Origin: Alistipes sp.
GTDB lineage: Bacteria > Bacteroidota > Bacteroidia > Bacteroidales > Rikenellaceae
Reading direction: 5' to 3'
Assembly: GCA_031556075.1 (NCBI GenBank)
Contig: JAVBTS010000002.1
Location: 14,016 to 78,015, forward strand
DNA length: 64,000 bases
The notes beneath the pieces were generated by a model. The model saw only the letters and a list, made by a program, of their open reading frames with translations, was not told the DNA's origin and searched no databases. A program made the position numbers and the translations under genes. Below, piece by piece: positions 47,233 to 56,702 of this stretch (position 1 is its first letter; every line of letters begins with the position of its first letter).

Positions 47233-49794
47233 TTATTTGTTCATCTCCTTCGACCAGTACAGGTCGAACTCTACATAACCTATACGGTCGTCGTTTGCAA
47301 GTCCTGTCGTAGAATCAGCACAGGTAACGGTCTTGATATACATATAGCCCTGCTTGTAGATATCGGTTGTAGCAGCAGGCTTACCTACCGCTCCCGTACA
47401 CTTCGCGGCATTGATATATTGAATTACGATTACACTGCCTTCAACCCACGCACTCGACCCTTCTGCCGTAGCAAATGCCGGCGCACCGGAACCGCCAAGT
47501 TTCGCATAGCTTTCAACGCTCTCCACCGTACCGGCAACAATCGATGCTTTGAGCGTTGCATCGTCGTTTATCACGCGGAAATAGATAACCGGCGTACCGA
47601 AAAGACCCGGTAATGCTGTTTTTGTACCGTAGCAATGAGTCTTCAGCTGACCATTAGAGTTGGCTGGGCCATTAATCGCAAACTTGTTAGGTGACGCACC
47701 CGTGGGCGATGCCGCCGAGAAAAAGACATAGGGTTTTACGCTGTAATACATTGCGGGCAGAGTACCTGCTGCCACAGTATTCGCCACAGTAACAAGCGGA
47801 GTGTTGTTTTTCACAGGTGAATCGACGCTGTCACTCCACCAATCATCAGCCGAAATTACCGACCCGCTATCGAGCATCAGGAACGCATTCTGCTGATTAT
47901 ATGCGGGATATGTGCTCGAAGAATTCGAACCCGTACCCATACGCAGACCCTTGGTTACATAGAACGGATATATCTTGACTTTGGCATCGGCAGTAGCCTT
48001 GACATTGTCGGTGGTGTTGTAGATAAGGTGTACGTCAACGTCGGTAGCCGTCGAGAAGGTAACATCCTCGGGGACGGTGAATGTAAGCGAGCCATAGGTA
48101 GTCGTGCCCTTGATCGTCGCGGCGGTCTTCTGGTCGGTCGTGCCGTCGTTATACCACAGCTGAACAGCCGAAACCTCGGTCAGATCAGTACCTGCGATCA
48201 CGATCTCCTTGCCGAGGTAGTAGCCGTCGGCGGCGGTCATCGAGGTAACCGTCGGAATGGTGACGCCCACCGGAACTGCGGTGTTGAGCTTCCATGCCGA
48301 AACGATGGTCGCGGTCTGCTCGGGAGTGCCCCAGAGAGCCGTAATGGCCTTGGTCTGCACGGCAGGCGTAGCCTCGGTGATCGACGAGGGGAACTTGACG
48401 GTAATAGAGGTTTCGAGTTTCTCGGTGATGACCAGTTCGAAAGTGTCCCACTTGACCGCAGTCACGAGGTCGAGGTTCTGACCCGTGATCGTGAGATCGT
48501 CGCCCAGTTCCGACTGCGTACCGGCCTCCTGAGTCGGAGTAGTGAACTTCGGGGTCTTCATGGCGAAGAGGGTCGTAGTGACGTCGATCGATTTCGCGCC
48601 GTAGACGCCCTTGATAGCGATGTCGCTGTTGCCGGCGGTGTAGGTGCCTGCGGGAACCGCGAACTTAACCTCGGTTTCGCTCTGCGATTTGAAGCTCGCG
48701 GCCGGAACATCGACCGTGCCGAACGTAACGGCGGTCAGACGGTGCAGGTCGACACCCGTGATGGTGATCTCGGTGCCGATAGTACCGGTTGCAGGCGTGT
48801 AGCCCGAGGCGACCGGGGGCAACTGCGTGGTGTCGAGCGCCCAGGTCTCGGCGACGGTCGTAGTCTGTTCGGGAGTGCCCCACAGCGCCGTGATAGCCTT
48901 GGTCTGGGTTGCGGGAGCGGCCTCAACGATCGTCTTCGGGAATTCGATGGTAACGGAGGTCGCCGACTTATCGGAGAGCGTGAGCTCATAGGTATCCCAC
49001 TTGATCTTGGTCACCAGATCGAGGTTTTCACCCGTCAGCGTGATCTTATCGCCGATAATATTGGTGTAGTCGACAGTGGGCTGGGGAACGTCGAACTTCG
49101 GGGTCTTCATGGCGAAGAGGCCCTGGCCGTCGATGCCCGTGACGTCGATCTGCTTGGTGCTCCAGTCGGCCTTGATCTCCACGTCGCTGTTGCCCTGGGC
49201 GTAGGTACCGCCCGGAACCTTGAATTTGAGGGTCGTGGCCTTCGCTTCCGGAGTGAACGTGCAGTCGGCAGCCTCGACGGTCGAGCCTGCGAAGTGAACG
49301 CGCGTCACCTGCTCGAGGTTGCGCCCCGTGATCGTAATTTCATCACCTACCGAGCCGGTCTTCGGCGCATAGGACGAGATAATAACGTCGACAATGGGAA
49401 TATTGACGTAATAAGGCATATTGAAGATGCAGGTCACACCGTCGGCGGCATAGACACGCCACTCGGTCTGCTGCGTCTCGTCCATCTGCGGCAGGTCGAG
49501 AGCCGGGATCTGGAACTTGAGGGTCTCGATGTCCTGCATCGTGATCAGGGCGTCGACGTCGTTGATCGTAACGCGGCCCACCTGGTCGAGATTATAGCCC
49601 ACGCAGGTCACCTCCGTGCCGACAAAGGCGCGGGTTCCGGTATTAGACGAATTAGGATAGGGGTTGATTTTGCTGGTGGTGGAATTGACCGCCGGCACAT
49701 GCTCGCCCCGGATCTCGTCGATAGACGCACCGCACGATGCGAACATCAGTGCGCCCGACAACAAAGTGGCGATATATTTTATGGTATTTTTCAT
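47233..49794 (-). CDS. Surface lipoprotein with multiple IPT/TIG domains (SGBP-like)
   Basis: Lipobox FASC; repeated G..ITITG.NL motifs; 183-aa internal duplication. Confidence 0.8.
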   Translation of the reverse strand: MKNTIKYIATLLSGALMFASCGASIDEIRGEHVPAVNSTTSKINPYPNSSNTGTRAFVGTEVTCVGYNLDQVGRVTINDVDALITMQDIETLKFQIPALDLPQMDETQQTEWRVYAADGVTCIFNMPYYVNIPIVDVIISSYAPKTGSVGDEITITGRNLEQVTRVHFAGSTVEAADCTFTPEAKATTLKFKVPGGTYAQGNSDVEIKADWSTKQIDVTGIDGQGLFAMKTPKFDVPQPTVDYTNIIGDKITLTGENLDLVTKIKWDTYELTLSDKSATSVTIEFPKTIVEAAPATQTKAITALWGTPEQTTTVAETWALDTTQLPPVASGYTPATGTIGTEITITGVDLHRLTAVTFGTVDVPAASFKSQSETEVKFAVPAGTYTAGNSDIAIKGVYGAKSIDVTTTLFAMKTPKFTTPTQEAGTQSELGDDLTITGQNLDLVTAVKWDTFELVITEKLETSITVKFPSSITEATPAVQTKAITALWGTPEQTATIVSAWKLNTAVPVGVTIPTVTSMTAADGYYLGKEIVIAGTDLTEVSAVQLWYNDGTTDQKTAATIKGTTTYGSLTFTVPEDVTFSTATDVDVHLIYNTTDNVKATADAKVKIYPFYVTKGLRMGTGSNSSSTYPAYNQQNAFLMLDSGSVISADDWWSDSVDSPVKNNTPLVTVANTVAAGTLPAMYYSVKPYVFFSAASPTGASPNKFAINGPANSNGQLKTHCYGTKTALPGLFGTPVIYFRVINDDATLKASIVAGTVESVESYAKLGGSGAPAFATAEGSSAWVEGSVIVIQYINAAKCTGAVGKPAATTDIYKQGYMYIKTVTCADSTTGLANDDRIGYVEFDLYWSKEMNK

Positions 49795-49812
49795 TGCTGT
49801 TGAGTTTTTAGT

Positions 49813-51558
49813 CTATTTAGGGATCTTCGTGTAGTCGTAGTCGTACTTCTGCCAGTAGCAATTGAACAGGTAGTCGCTGGCCGAGGGTTCCGTTCCGGAG
49901 CCGTTCAGCATCTTGAAGTTGACGGTGCGGATATGAACGAAGCCTATGCGGAGAATGTTTTCACCGAAGTTCGAATTGGTATCGGGCGAGCCGTTGTAGT
50001 TGTAGTAAAGCACCATCAGCACTGCATCGACATTGACATTGAGCATCACGGTACCGGCTGTATTGAAAAGACCTGCCGCCCAGACGTTGCTGCTCAAAGC
50101 ACCTTTTGCATCGGTGATGTTGATTCCGGCGATCGATGCCGTCGTCCTGTTGCTGGCGTCGATGGGGAACTCCTCTTCGGTGATCTTTTCGAGTTCCTGA
50201 TTTCGCACCTTATCGGCAAGGGCCTGATGAGCCGGGTTTGCCGGATCGAGATATATGAATCTCAAGACGGGCGTACCGTACCATGAACCGGCGGCACCGG
50301 TAACGCGCGCGGCATCGCCGCCGCCCGAAGGTGTCATATAGAAGTTGCGCAGTTGGCTGTCCGAATTGGCGGGACCATTGATCTGCAAATCACCGTTCGA
50401 GGTTCCCGATATGAAGAAATAGGGATTGACCGAGAGATACTGTTCCTCTGTGATGGCACTCTTATTAGGCACGTTCTTCGCGCTGCAAATAGCCACCGCA
50501 GGCGTACCGGTAGGTTTGTTGAAATTATAAGAAATGGGGTCTACTTCGGTGCGCCACAGGTTGTTGTGATATACCAGACCTGTTTCGGGCGAGAAGAACG
50601 ACGACTGCGACGCCACGGTGGCACGGTCGCGGCCATAGGTCTTCATACCCTCCCAAAATTTGAGGTTGGGAACGAAGATGTCGAATGCATTACTCAATTC
50701 CAGGGTCTCCATACCGTCGAAATACTCGGCTTTGAGCGTCACTACGTGATCGCCGTCGGCAAAATCGCCCGGGGGAACCGAGAACGTAAGCTCACCGTAT
50801 TTCTTCTGTATCACGGCCTCGAAACCGTTGACCAGAATCTTCTCCACTTTGTCGAGGCGGGTGCCCGTGAGGGTCACGGTACGGCCCACTGCCGTACGCA
50901 CCAGCACATAGGGATCGAATTCGGGCTTGTAGCGGTTGACGATGATAGGAGCCGAATCGGCAGGGGTGGAAACCATCTGCGTACCGTCGAAGTAGGTCAG
51001 CGTGATATTAACGTTGGAATTCTCGACATAGGGCACGCGGATCTGGATCTCGGAGCCCGTGCGCTGCATGATCACAGCCTTGTGGCCTTCGTCCTCGCCC
51101 TCGGCTGTAAAGATCACGTCGCTCACGACCGAGAGGTTCTCTCCGGCCAGCAGCAGCGTGGCGCCCAGGTCGATGTCGGCCGGCAGAAGCGACAGGCGCA
51201 GCGAGGGAACGGCGTGCATGTAGGAGAAAGTCTGCGCCGAAACGCCCTCGCCATAGTGGTTCTTGAGTTTGATCTTGCCGTCGCGGCCATCGATGCCTGC
51301 GATGATCGAGATGCGGGTGTCGGAGATCTTCTCCTTGATGGTCATTTTGACAGCGCCGATATAAGCCTCGTCGACATTGTTGAGGTACTGTCCCGTGATG
51401 ACGATCTCGGCGCCGGCGGGAGCCGCGGCGGGAGTGAACGACTCGATGATCGGGGCGTCCTCCGGGATCGGCGTGTAGTACGGGTCGTCGCAAGCGGCGA
51501 ATGCCAGAAGCACGAGACCGGTCGCAACAGCACATATATGATTGAATATTCTTTTCAT
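49813..51558 (-). CDS. Surface lipoprotein with IPT/TIG domains (SusE-positioned SGBP)
   Basis: Start MKRIFNH, lipobox FAAC-DD, PIIESFTP..GAEIVITGQYL; directly follows susD. Confidence 0.8.
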   Translation of the reverse strand: MKRIFNHICAVATGLVLLAFAACDDPYYTPIPEDAPIIESFTPAAAPAGAEIVITGQYLNNVDEAYIGAVKMTIKEKISDTRISIIAGIDGRDGKIKLKNHYGEGVSAQTFSYMHAVPSLRLSLLPADIDLGATLLLAGENLSVVSDVIFTAEGEDEGHKAVIMQRTGSEIQIRVPYVENSNVNITLTYFDGTQMVSTPADSAPIIVNRYKPEFDPYVLVRTAVGRTVTLTGTRLDKVEKILVNGFEAVIQKKYGELTFSVPPGDFADGDHVVTLKAEYFDGMETLELSNAFDIFVPNLKFWEGMKTYGRDRATVASQSSFFSPETGLVYHNNLWRTEVDPISYNFNKPTGTPAVAICSAKNVPNKSAITEEQYLSVNPYFFISGTSNGDLQINGPANSDSQLRNFYMTPSGGGDAARVTGAAGSWYGTPVLRFIYLDPANPAHQALADKVRNQELEKITEEEFPIDASNRTTASIAGINITDAKGALSSNVWAAGLFNTAGTVMLNVNVDAVLMVLYYNYNGSPDTNSNFGENILRIGFVHIRTVNFKMLNGSGTEPSASDYLFNCYWQKYDYDYTKIPK

Positions 51559-51578
51559 AGGTCGAATCTTTTTATCTG

Positions 51579-53102
51579 TTAGTAACCGGGATTTTGAGCC
51601 ACGCGCGGGTTGATAACGGTGATGCTCATAGGTATGGGCAGCATGGTCTGCCACTGCTCGATATGGGTCACGGTGTAGCTGTATCCGCCGTAGAAGTTTT
51701 CCGAGTCGATGTAGTCGTTGACCGTCTGCACGGCGGTGCCCCAGCGCAGGAGGTCGAACCAGTGCTGGTTCTCGTAGGCGAGTTCCAGACGGCGCTCCTG
51801 GCGGACAGCCATGCGGAAGTCAAATTTCGACGCGAGGTCGGTGGTCTGGTAAGGCTCCAGGCCGGCGCGCTCGCGGACCATGTTGAGGTAGGTGAACGCC
51901 TCGTCGGTCGGACCCGCCATCTCATTGGCCCATTCCGAAAGCAGCAGGGCTACGTCGCCCACGCGGATTACCGGCCAGTCGTTTTCGCCGTCGTATTCGG
52001 CCTTGACTTTGTACAGATACTTATCGCACCAGCGGGCAATATCGACCTTGGTGATCCACTTCTTGGTGGTGCTGTTGTAGTAGGTCTCCTTGATATTCAC
52101 GTTCTTGCGCAGGTCGGGATTTTCGTCCGTACCGCTGTTCTTATAGGCGGCCAGCACGTTATCCGACGGGTAGTTGTAGTGCTTGGGCGAGCCCAGGATA
52201 ACGTTGTTGCCGTTGTTGTTGGGGCCAAAGAGCGTTCCGAACGGCGAACCAAGGGCAACGTTGCCCGATTTGTAGCGTACGGTGAAGATGATCTCCTTGT
52301 TCATCTCGTTGTCGATAGCGAAAATCCTGTCGTAAGGCACGAGATCGGCGCCCGACAGGGGGTCTCCGGCCTGCACCAGCATGTCGCGCAACAGATCGCC
52401 GGCGAGCATATACTTACCTATGCCGGGTTCGTAATTGGTCATGTAGACCTTGGCGAGCAGCGCCTTGGCGGCGCGCAGGTCGGCGCGGCCGATATTGCTG
52501 CCGGTCATCACCTCGGGCAGCATCTGGTTGTCGATAATCGCTTCGAGGTCGGTTTCGATAAGTGTATAGACATCGCTGGTAGACGAACGCTGCATATAGC
52601 GGTCCTCGTTGCCAAGCTCCTTGGTCACGATGAACACAGGACCCCAGAGGCGCACGATATTGAAATAGATGTGCGCGCGGAGGAATTTCGCCTCGGCCTC
52701 ATACTGGGCGCGCAGGTCGGCGTCGTCGACAACGTCGAGATTATTGAGCACCTTGTTGGCGAGGCGGATCACGCGGTAGCTCTGCTCCCAGTAATCTCTC
52801 ACCCATGCGTGGGCCGTGCCTATGGTTCCCTGGTCGAGCTGTTCGACAAGTTTGGTCTCTGCGGACTTCGAATTGTTGACACGCATGCGGGCATTATCCG
52901 AACGAAGTTCCGTAACAGCCCATTCGTAGTACATAACGCCATGCAGGCCGTTGTAGGTGGCGAGCACGAACTGATCGACATCCGCTGCGCTTTTGGCATA
53001 TCCGTCATTGGGGTATTCGGAATAGAGCCCTTGGTCGAGGTTGCAGGCTCCGAATACGAACGCGGCGGCGATGCAGCATATATATATTGTGATATTTTTC
53101 AT
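51579..53102 (-). CDS. SusD/RagB nutrient-binding lipoprotein
   Basis: Lipobox FGAC, AEAKFLRAHIYF, AKALLAKVY, ERRLELAYE..WFDLLRWG, QNPGY. Confidence 0.95.
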   Translation of the reverse strand: MKNITIYICCIAAAFVFGACNLDQGLYSEYPNDGYAKSAADVDQFVLATYNGLHGVMYYEWAVTELRSDNARMRVNNSKSAETKLVEQLDQGTIGTAHAWVRDYWEQSYRVIRLANKVLNNLDVVDDADLRAQYEAEAKFLRAHIYFNIVRLWGPVFIVTKELGNEDRYMQRSSTSDVYTLIETDLEAIIDNQMLPEVMTGSNIGRADLRAAKALLAKVYMTNYEPGIGKYMLAGDLLRDMLVQAGDPLSGADLVPYDRIFAIDNEMNKEIIFTVRYKSGNVALGSPFGTLFGPNNNGNNVILGSPKHYNYPSDNVLAAYKNSGTDENPDLRKNVNIKETYYNSTTKKWITKVDIARWCDKYLYKVKAEYDGENDWPVIRVGDVALLLSEWANEMAGPTDEAFTYLNMVRERAGLEPYQTTDLASKFDFRMAVRQERRLELAYENQHWFDLLRWGTAVQTVNDYIDSENFYGGYSYTVTHIEQWQTMLPIPMSITVINPRVAQNPGY

Positions 53103-53115
53103 CTTTGTCGTAGTA

Positions 53116-56100
53116 TTAGAAGTTAAGGTCGATACCCAGTGTCACGGTCGAGGTCAGCGGGAATCCGCCGCGCTGGTAACCGCCGATCAGAGGACTCGAA
53201 TACTCGCCCGAAGTGAAGCGCGACTCGGGATTGACGCCCTTGTACTCCTTGCTCCACAGATAGAAGAGGTTGTTGCCCGTCAGGTAGAAGCGCAGGCCGC
53301 TCAAACCGATCTTGGCGGCGGTCTTTTTTGGCATCGTATAACCGACGGTCAGGTTGCGCAGGCAGAGGTACGAAGCGTTCTGCAGCGGCAGATCGGTAAA
53401 CATGATATCGCAGCCGTCGTTGCCGTGGGGCGTCTTGCCGTCGCCGGGATAAGCGGGGCTGACCCAGCGGCCCTTGACGTATGCACGGTTATACTTATGG
53501 GTTTCGCCGTAGAAAATATCACCGTTGTAGACCGTGATATCCTGCTCACCCTGCAGCAGGAACGAGATATCGAAGTTGCCGATCTTGAAGTTGTTGGTCA
53601 TACCCCAGGTGAACGCGGGATAGGGATTGCCCAGCGGCACGCGGTCCTCGTCGTTGAGTTTGCCGTCGTGGTTAGTGTCGGCAACGCGGATACCGCCCGG
53701 TTTATCGTCGGGGAGATGGGGGTTGTTCATGATCTCCTCGTCGGTATTCCATATGCCGGCGGTTCTAAAACCGTAATACTGGATAAGCGGATCGCCCACG
53801 CGCGCTATATAGCTCTCCGAGCGTTCGCCCAGCGTGACGAGATACTGTTCGCCGCCCAGCTCGAGAAGTTTGTTGCGCGAGAGCGAGAAGTTGATGTTGG
53901 TCGACCACTTGAAGTTCTTGTGGTTGATCTGATAGGTGTCGAGCTGGATTTCGATACCCTTGTTGCTCACCTTACCTATATTATTCCAGTAGGCGTTGTA
54001 ACCAGTGTACGACTGCATGGGCTGCTGGAAGAGCAGCGCGCGGGTCACGGAGTAGTATGCGTCGACCGTAAGCGCGATCTTGTTGTCGATGAAGCCCGCG
54101 TCGAGACCGAGGTTGAACTCGTCGGTCTGCTCCCATGTGATGTTGGAGTTGGAGAGCGTCATGTAGGGATCGGCCGTACCCCATGCGAGCGAACCATTGC
54201 CCTCGCCGGTGGGATAGTGAGCCGAGGAGAGCACCTGGGTGGCAGCGTAGTAAGGCACGCGGTTGTTACCGGTCACACCGTACGAAGCGCGAAGCTTGAG
54301 GTTCGAGACGGCGCGCTGATCCTTCATGAACTGCTCCTCCGAGATGCGCCATCCTGCCGAAACCGACGGGAAGAAGGCGTTGCGGTTACCCTCGGTGAAG
54401 AGCGACGAGCGGTCGAGACGCACGGCTGCCGAGAGGAGGTAGCGACCGTCGTAGTTGTACTGAACACGTCCCAGATACGACTCGAGGATCTCATCGGGAT
54501 TGCGGAAGGTGCCGGTACCCGAGCCCTTGCCGTTGTTCTGCGACGCCAGTTTGAACACCGTCGCGGCGTTGAGCGTATGAACACGGTCGGTCGGGAAGCC
54601 CGTAGCCGCCATGGCCACATAGTCGTAGCGCTTCGACTCGGCGGTGTAGCCGGCCAGAAGGTCCAGACCGTGGCGTCCGAAGGTGCGGTTGTAGGTAAGG
54701 GTATTCTCGGTCAGCAGGTCGATGAAGAGCGTGCTGTTGAATACCGCTTCGGCGGGCTCGCCGTCTTTGGTGGCGTCCTCGTTGTTATAGCTGTAAGAGG
54801 GGGTGTAGCGCATATTGACACCGTTTGAAGTCTTGAACTGCAGACCCTTCGCGATGTCGATCGTAAGGTAGGCGTTGATAAGTCCGCCGAACATCTCGCT
54901 CCAGCGCGTGGAGTTGGCCATCACGCTCTTGGGGTTGTTGTTGGCCGAGCTGAACGGCGAAGCGGAACTGGTGTTGAACTTGGGGTTACCGTATTCGTCG
55001 TAGCCGTTGATCGGGCCGTAGATCTCGTTGAAATGGCTTCCGCGGGCAAAGCCGGTATATCCGTCAGTCAAATCCGTTGTCCAGGCGTTGTGGTAAACGG
55101 GCAGGAACGAAGGCATGCGGTAGAAGTCGATGAAGTTGTTGCGCGGACGCTCCGACTTGGAGTAGTTGGCCGACATATTCACGCCCAGCTTCACACGCTT
55201 CGACAGGTCGGCGTCGACCTTGGTGCGGAACGTGGCTTTCTGCACCTGGTTCTGCAGCATGATACCCTGGTCGCGGGTCCACGAAGCCGAGGTGTAGTAG
55301 CGAATGGCGCTCTTGCCGCCCTGAACCGTGAACTGCACGTTGGTTACCGACGCCGCGTCACGCAGAGCCTCGCGCTGCCAGTCGGTCGAGCCGATATTGC
55401 TCTCGATCCATGCAGCGATTTTATTATTATTGACGCCAGTCACATTGTAGCCCTGGGCAGCCTCGCGGTCCATTAGCTCGGCATACTGCGTGGCCGTCAT
55501 CAGGTCGTGGAGCTGGTAGGCATATTTCACGCCCTGGTAGAACTTGACCGAGTATTTGGGTTTGTCGGCCTGACCGCTGCGGGTCGTGACCATGATCACG
55601 CCGTTGGCGGCGCGGGAACCGTAGATCGCAGCCGAAGCGGCGTCCTTGAGGACCTCGATGGATTTGATATCCGAGGGGTTGAGGGTCTGCAGACCGTCCG
55701 ACACGGGATATCCGTCGACGATAATCAGCGGCGAACTGTCGGCCGAGACCGAACCCGTACCGCGCACGCGGATAGCGGGCGCCACGCCCACCTCGGAGGT
55801 GGTGTTGCCGATCGTCAGACCGGCGATCTGTCCCTGGAGCGCCGTTGCGACGTCGGAAACGGGACGGTCGGCGAGCACATCGCCGTCGAATTTGGCGATC
55901 GAACCCGTGAGGTGCGATTTGGCCTGCGTACCGTAGCCGATCACGACGACCTCGTCGAGAAGTTCGGTATCGGGCTCAAGTTTGACGTTGATAGTAGTCT
56001 GCTTTCCGACCTTTACCTCGACCTTGCGGTAGCCAATGTAGGTGAAAACCAGAACTGTACCTTCGCCTGCAACAGACAGCGAATACGATCCGTCAATACC

Positions 56101-56274
56101 GGTCGACGCTCCGGCGTGGGGGGGGGTCTGCTCGACCACCGAGACGCCGATCAGCGGTCCCTGGTCATCAGAAACGACACCGCGGACGGTGACTTTCTGC
56201 GCAAAGGTGGTTGTCGACAGCGTCAGCAGAGCCAACAAAGCCAACAACGACTTCAGCTTGGAGAATTTTGCCAT
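53116..56274 (-). CDS. SusC/RagA TonB-dependent transporter
   Basis: LDEVVVIGYG, IEVLKDAASAAIYGSRAANGVIMVTT, C-terminal Phe. Confidence 0.96.
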   Translation of the reverse strand: MAKFSKLKSLLALLALLTLSTTTFAQKVTVRGVVSDDQGPLIGVSVVEQTPPHAGASTGIDGSYSLSVAGEGTVLVFTYIGYRKVEVKVGKQTTINVKLEPDTELLDEVVVIGYGTQAKSHLTGSIAKFDGDVLADRPVSDVATALQGQIAGLTIGNTTSEVGVAPAIRVRGTGSVSADSSPLIIVDGYPVSDGLQTLNPSDIKSIEVLKDAASAAIYGSRAANGVIMVTTRSGQADKPKYSVKFYQGVKYAYQLHDLMTATQYAELMDREAAQGYNVTGVNNNKIAAWIESNIGSTDWQREALRDAASVTNVQFTVQGGKSAIRYYTSASWTRDQGIMLQNQVQKATFRTKVDADLSKRVKLGVNMSANYSKSERPRNNFIDFYRMPSFLPVYHNAWTTDLTDGYTGFARGSHFNEIYGPINGYDEYGNPKFNTSSASPFSSANNNPKSVMANSTRWSEMFGGLINAYLTIDIAKGLQFKTSNGVNMRYTPSYSYNNEDATKDGEPAEAVFNSTLFIDLLTENTLTYNRTFGRHGLDLLAGYTAESKRYDYVAMAATGFPTDRVHTLNAATVFKLASQNNGKGSGTGTFRNPDEILESYLGRVQYNYDGRYLLSAAVRLDRSSLFTEGNRNAFFPSVSAGWRISEEQFMKDQRAVSNLKLRASYGVTGNNRVPYYAATQVLSSAHYPTGEGNGSLAWGTADPYMTLSNSNITWEQTDEFNLGLDAGFIDNKIALTVDAYYSVTRALLFQQPMQSYTGYNAYWNNIGKVSNKGIEIQLDTYQINHKNFKWSTNINFSLSRNKLLELGGEQYLVTLGERSESYIARVGDPLIQYYGFRTAGIWNTDEEIMNNPHLPDDKPGGIRVADTNHDGKLNDEDRVPLGNPYPAFTWGMTNNFKIGNFDISFLLQGEQDITVYNGDIFYGETHKYNRAYVKGRWVSPAYPGDGKTPHGNDGCDIMFTDLPLQNASYLCLRNLTVGYTMPKKTAAKIGLSGLRFYLTGNNLFYLWSKEYKGVNPESRFTSGEYSSPLIGGYQRGGFPLTSTVTLGIDLNF

Positions 56275-56343
56275 AAAAAGTTTTTAAGTTATTAGGTTTT
56301 AGTTCGGTTGTTTCGGGTTTTAAAGGCTCTGGAAGGGCTTTTT

Positions 56344-56402
56344 TGGGCGACCAATGTGGCTAACCAATCTGGTAAACCAATTTCAGAGTTTGCACAAAGA
56401 TA
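56344..56402 (-). promoter_or_regulatory. susC promoter with three FadR-type operator boxes downstream of it
   Basis: TATCTTTG on minus (56395-56402); TGGGCGACCAA, TGGCTAACCAA, TGGTAAACCAA at 56344, 56357, 56370 (13-bp period). Confidence 0.72.
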
Positions 56403-56702
56403 AAAAACAATTCGTGGATTTCGCAAATTATTAGAGAAATTTTTGTCCCGAGCGTGAAAAATTTCACACCGTTCGCTACGGAAGATTATGCGCCGGTCGG
56501 GGCGCAACGGCCGAAAAGCGGTGTAGGGTTAGATTTGCGGGCGCAGACCCGGCTTTGACATTTTTTCATTAAAACCGGCGTGCCGGCTATATTTTTCATT
56601 TTTTTTGTAGCAATATGATGATAATTCACTACTAAAACGTGATTTTTTATTAAAAATTTTATTAGATTTGTAAATCATAGCTTTTAGCATAAAACACACA
56701 TT

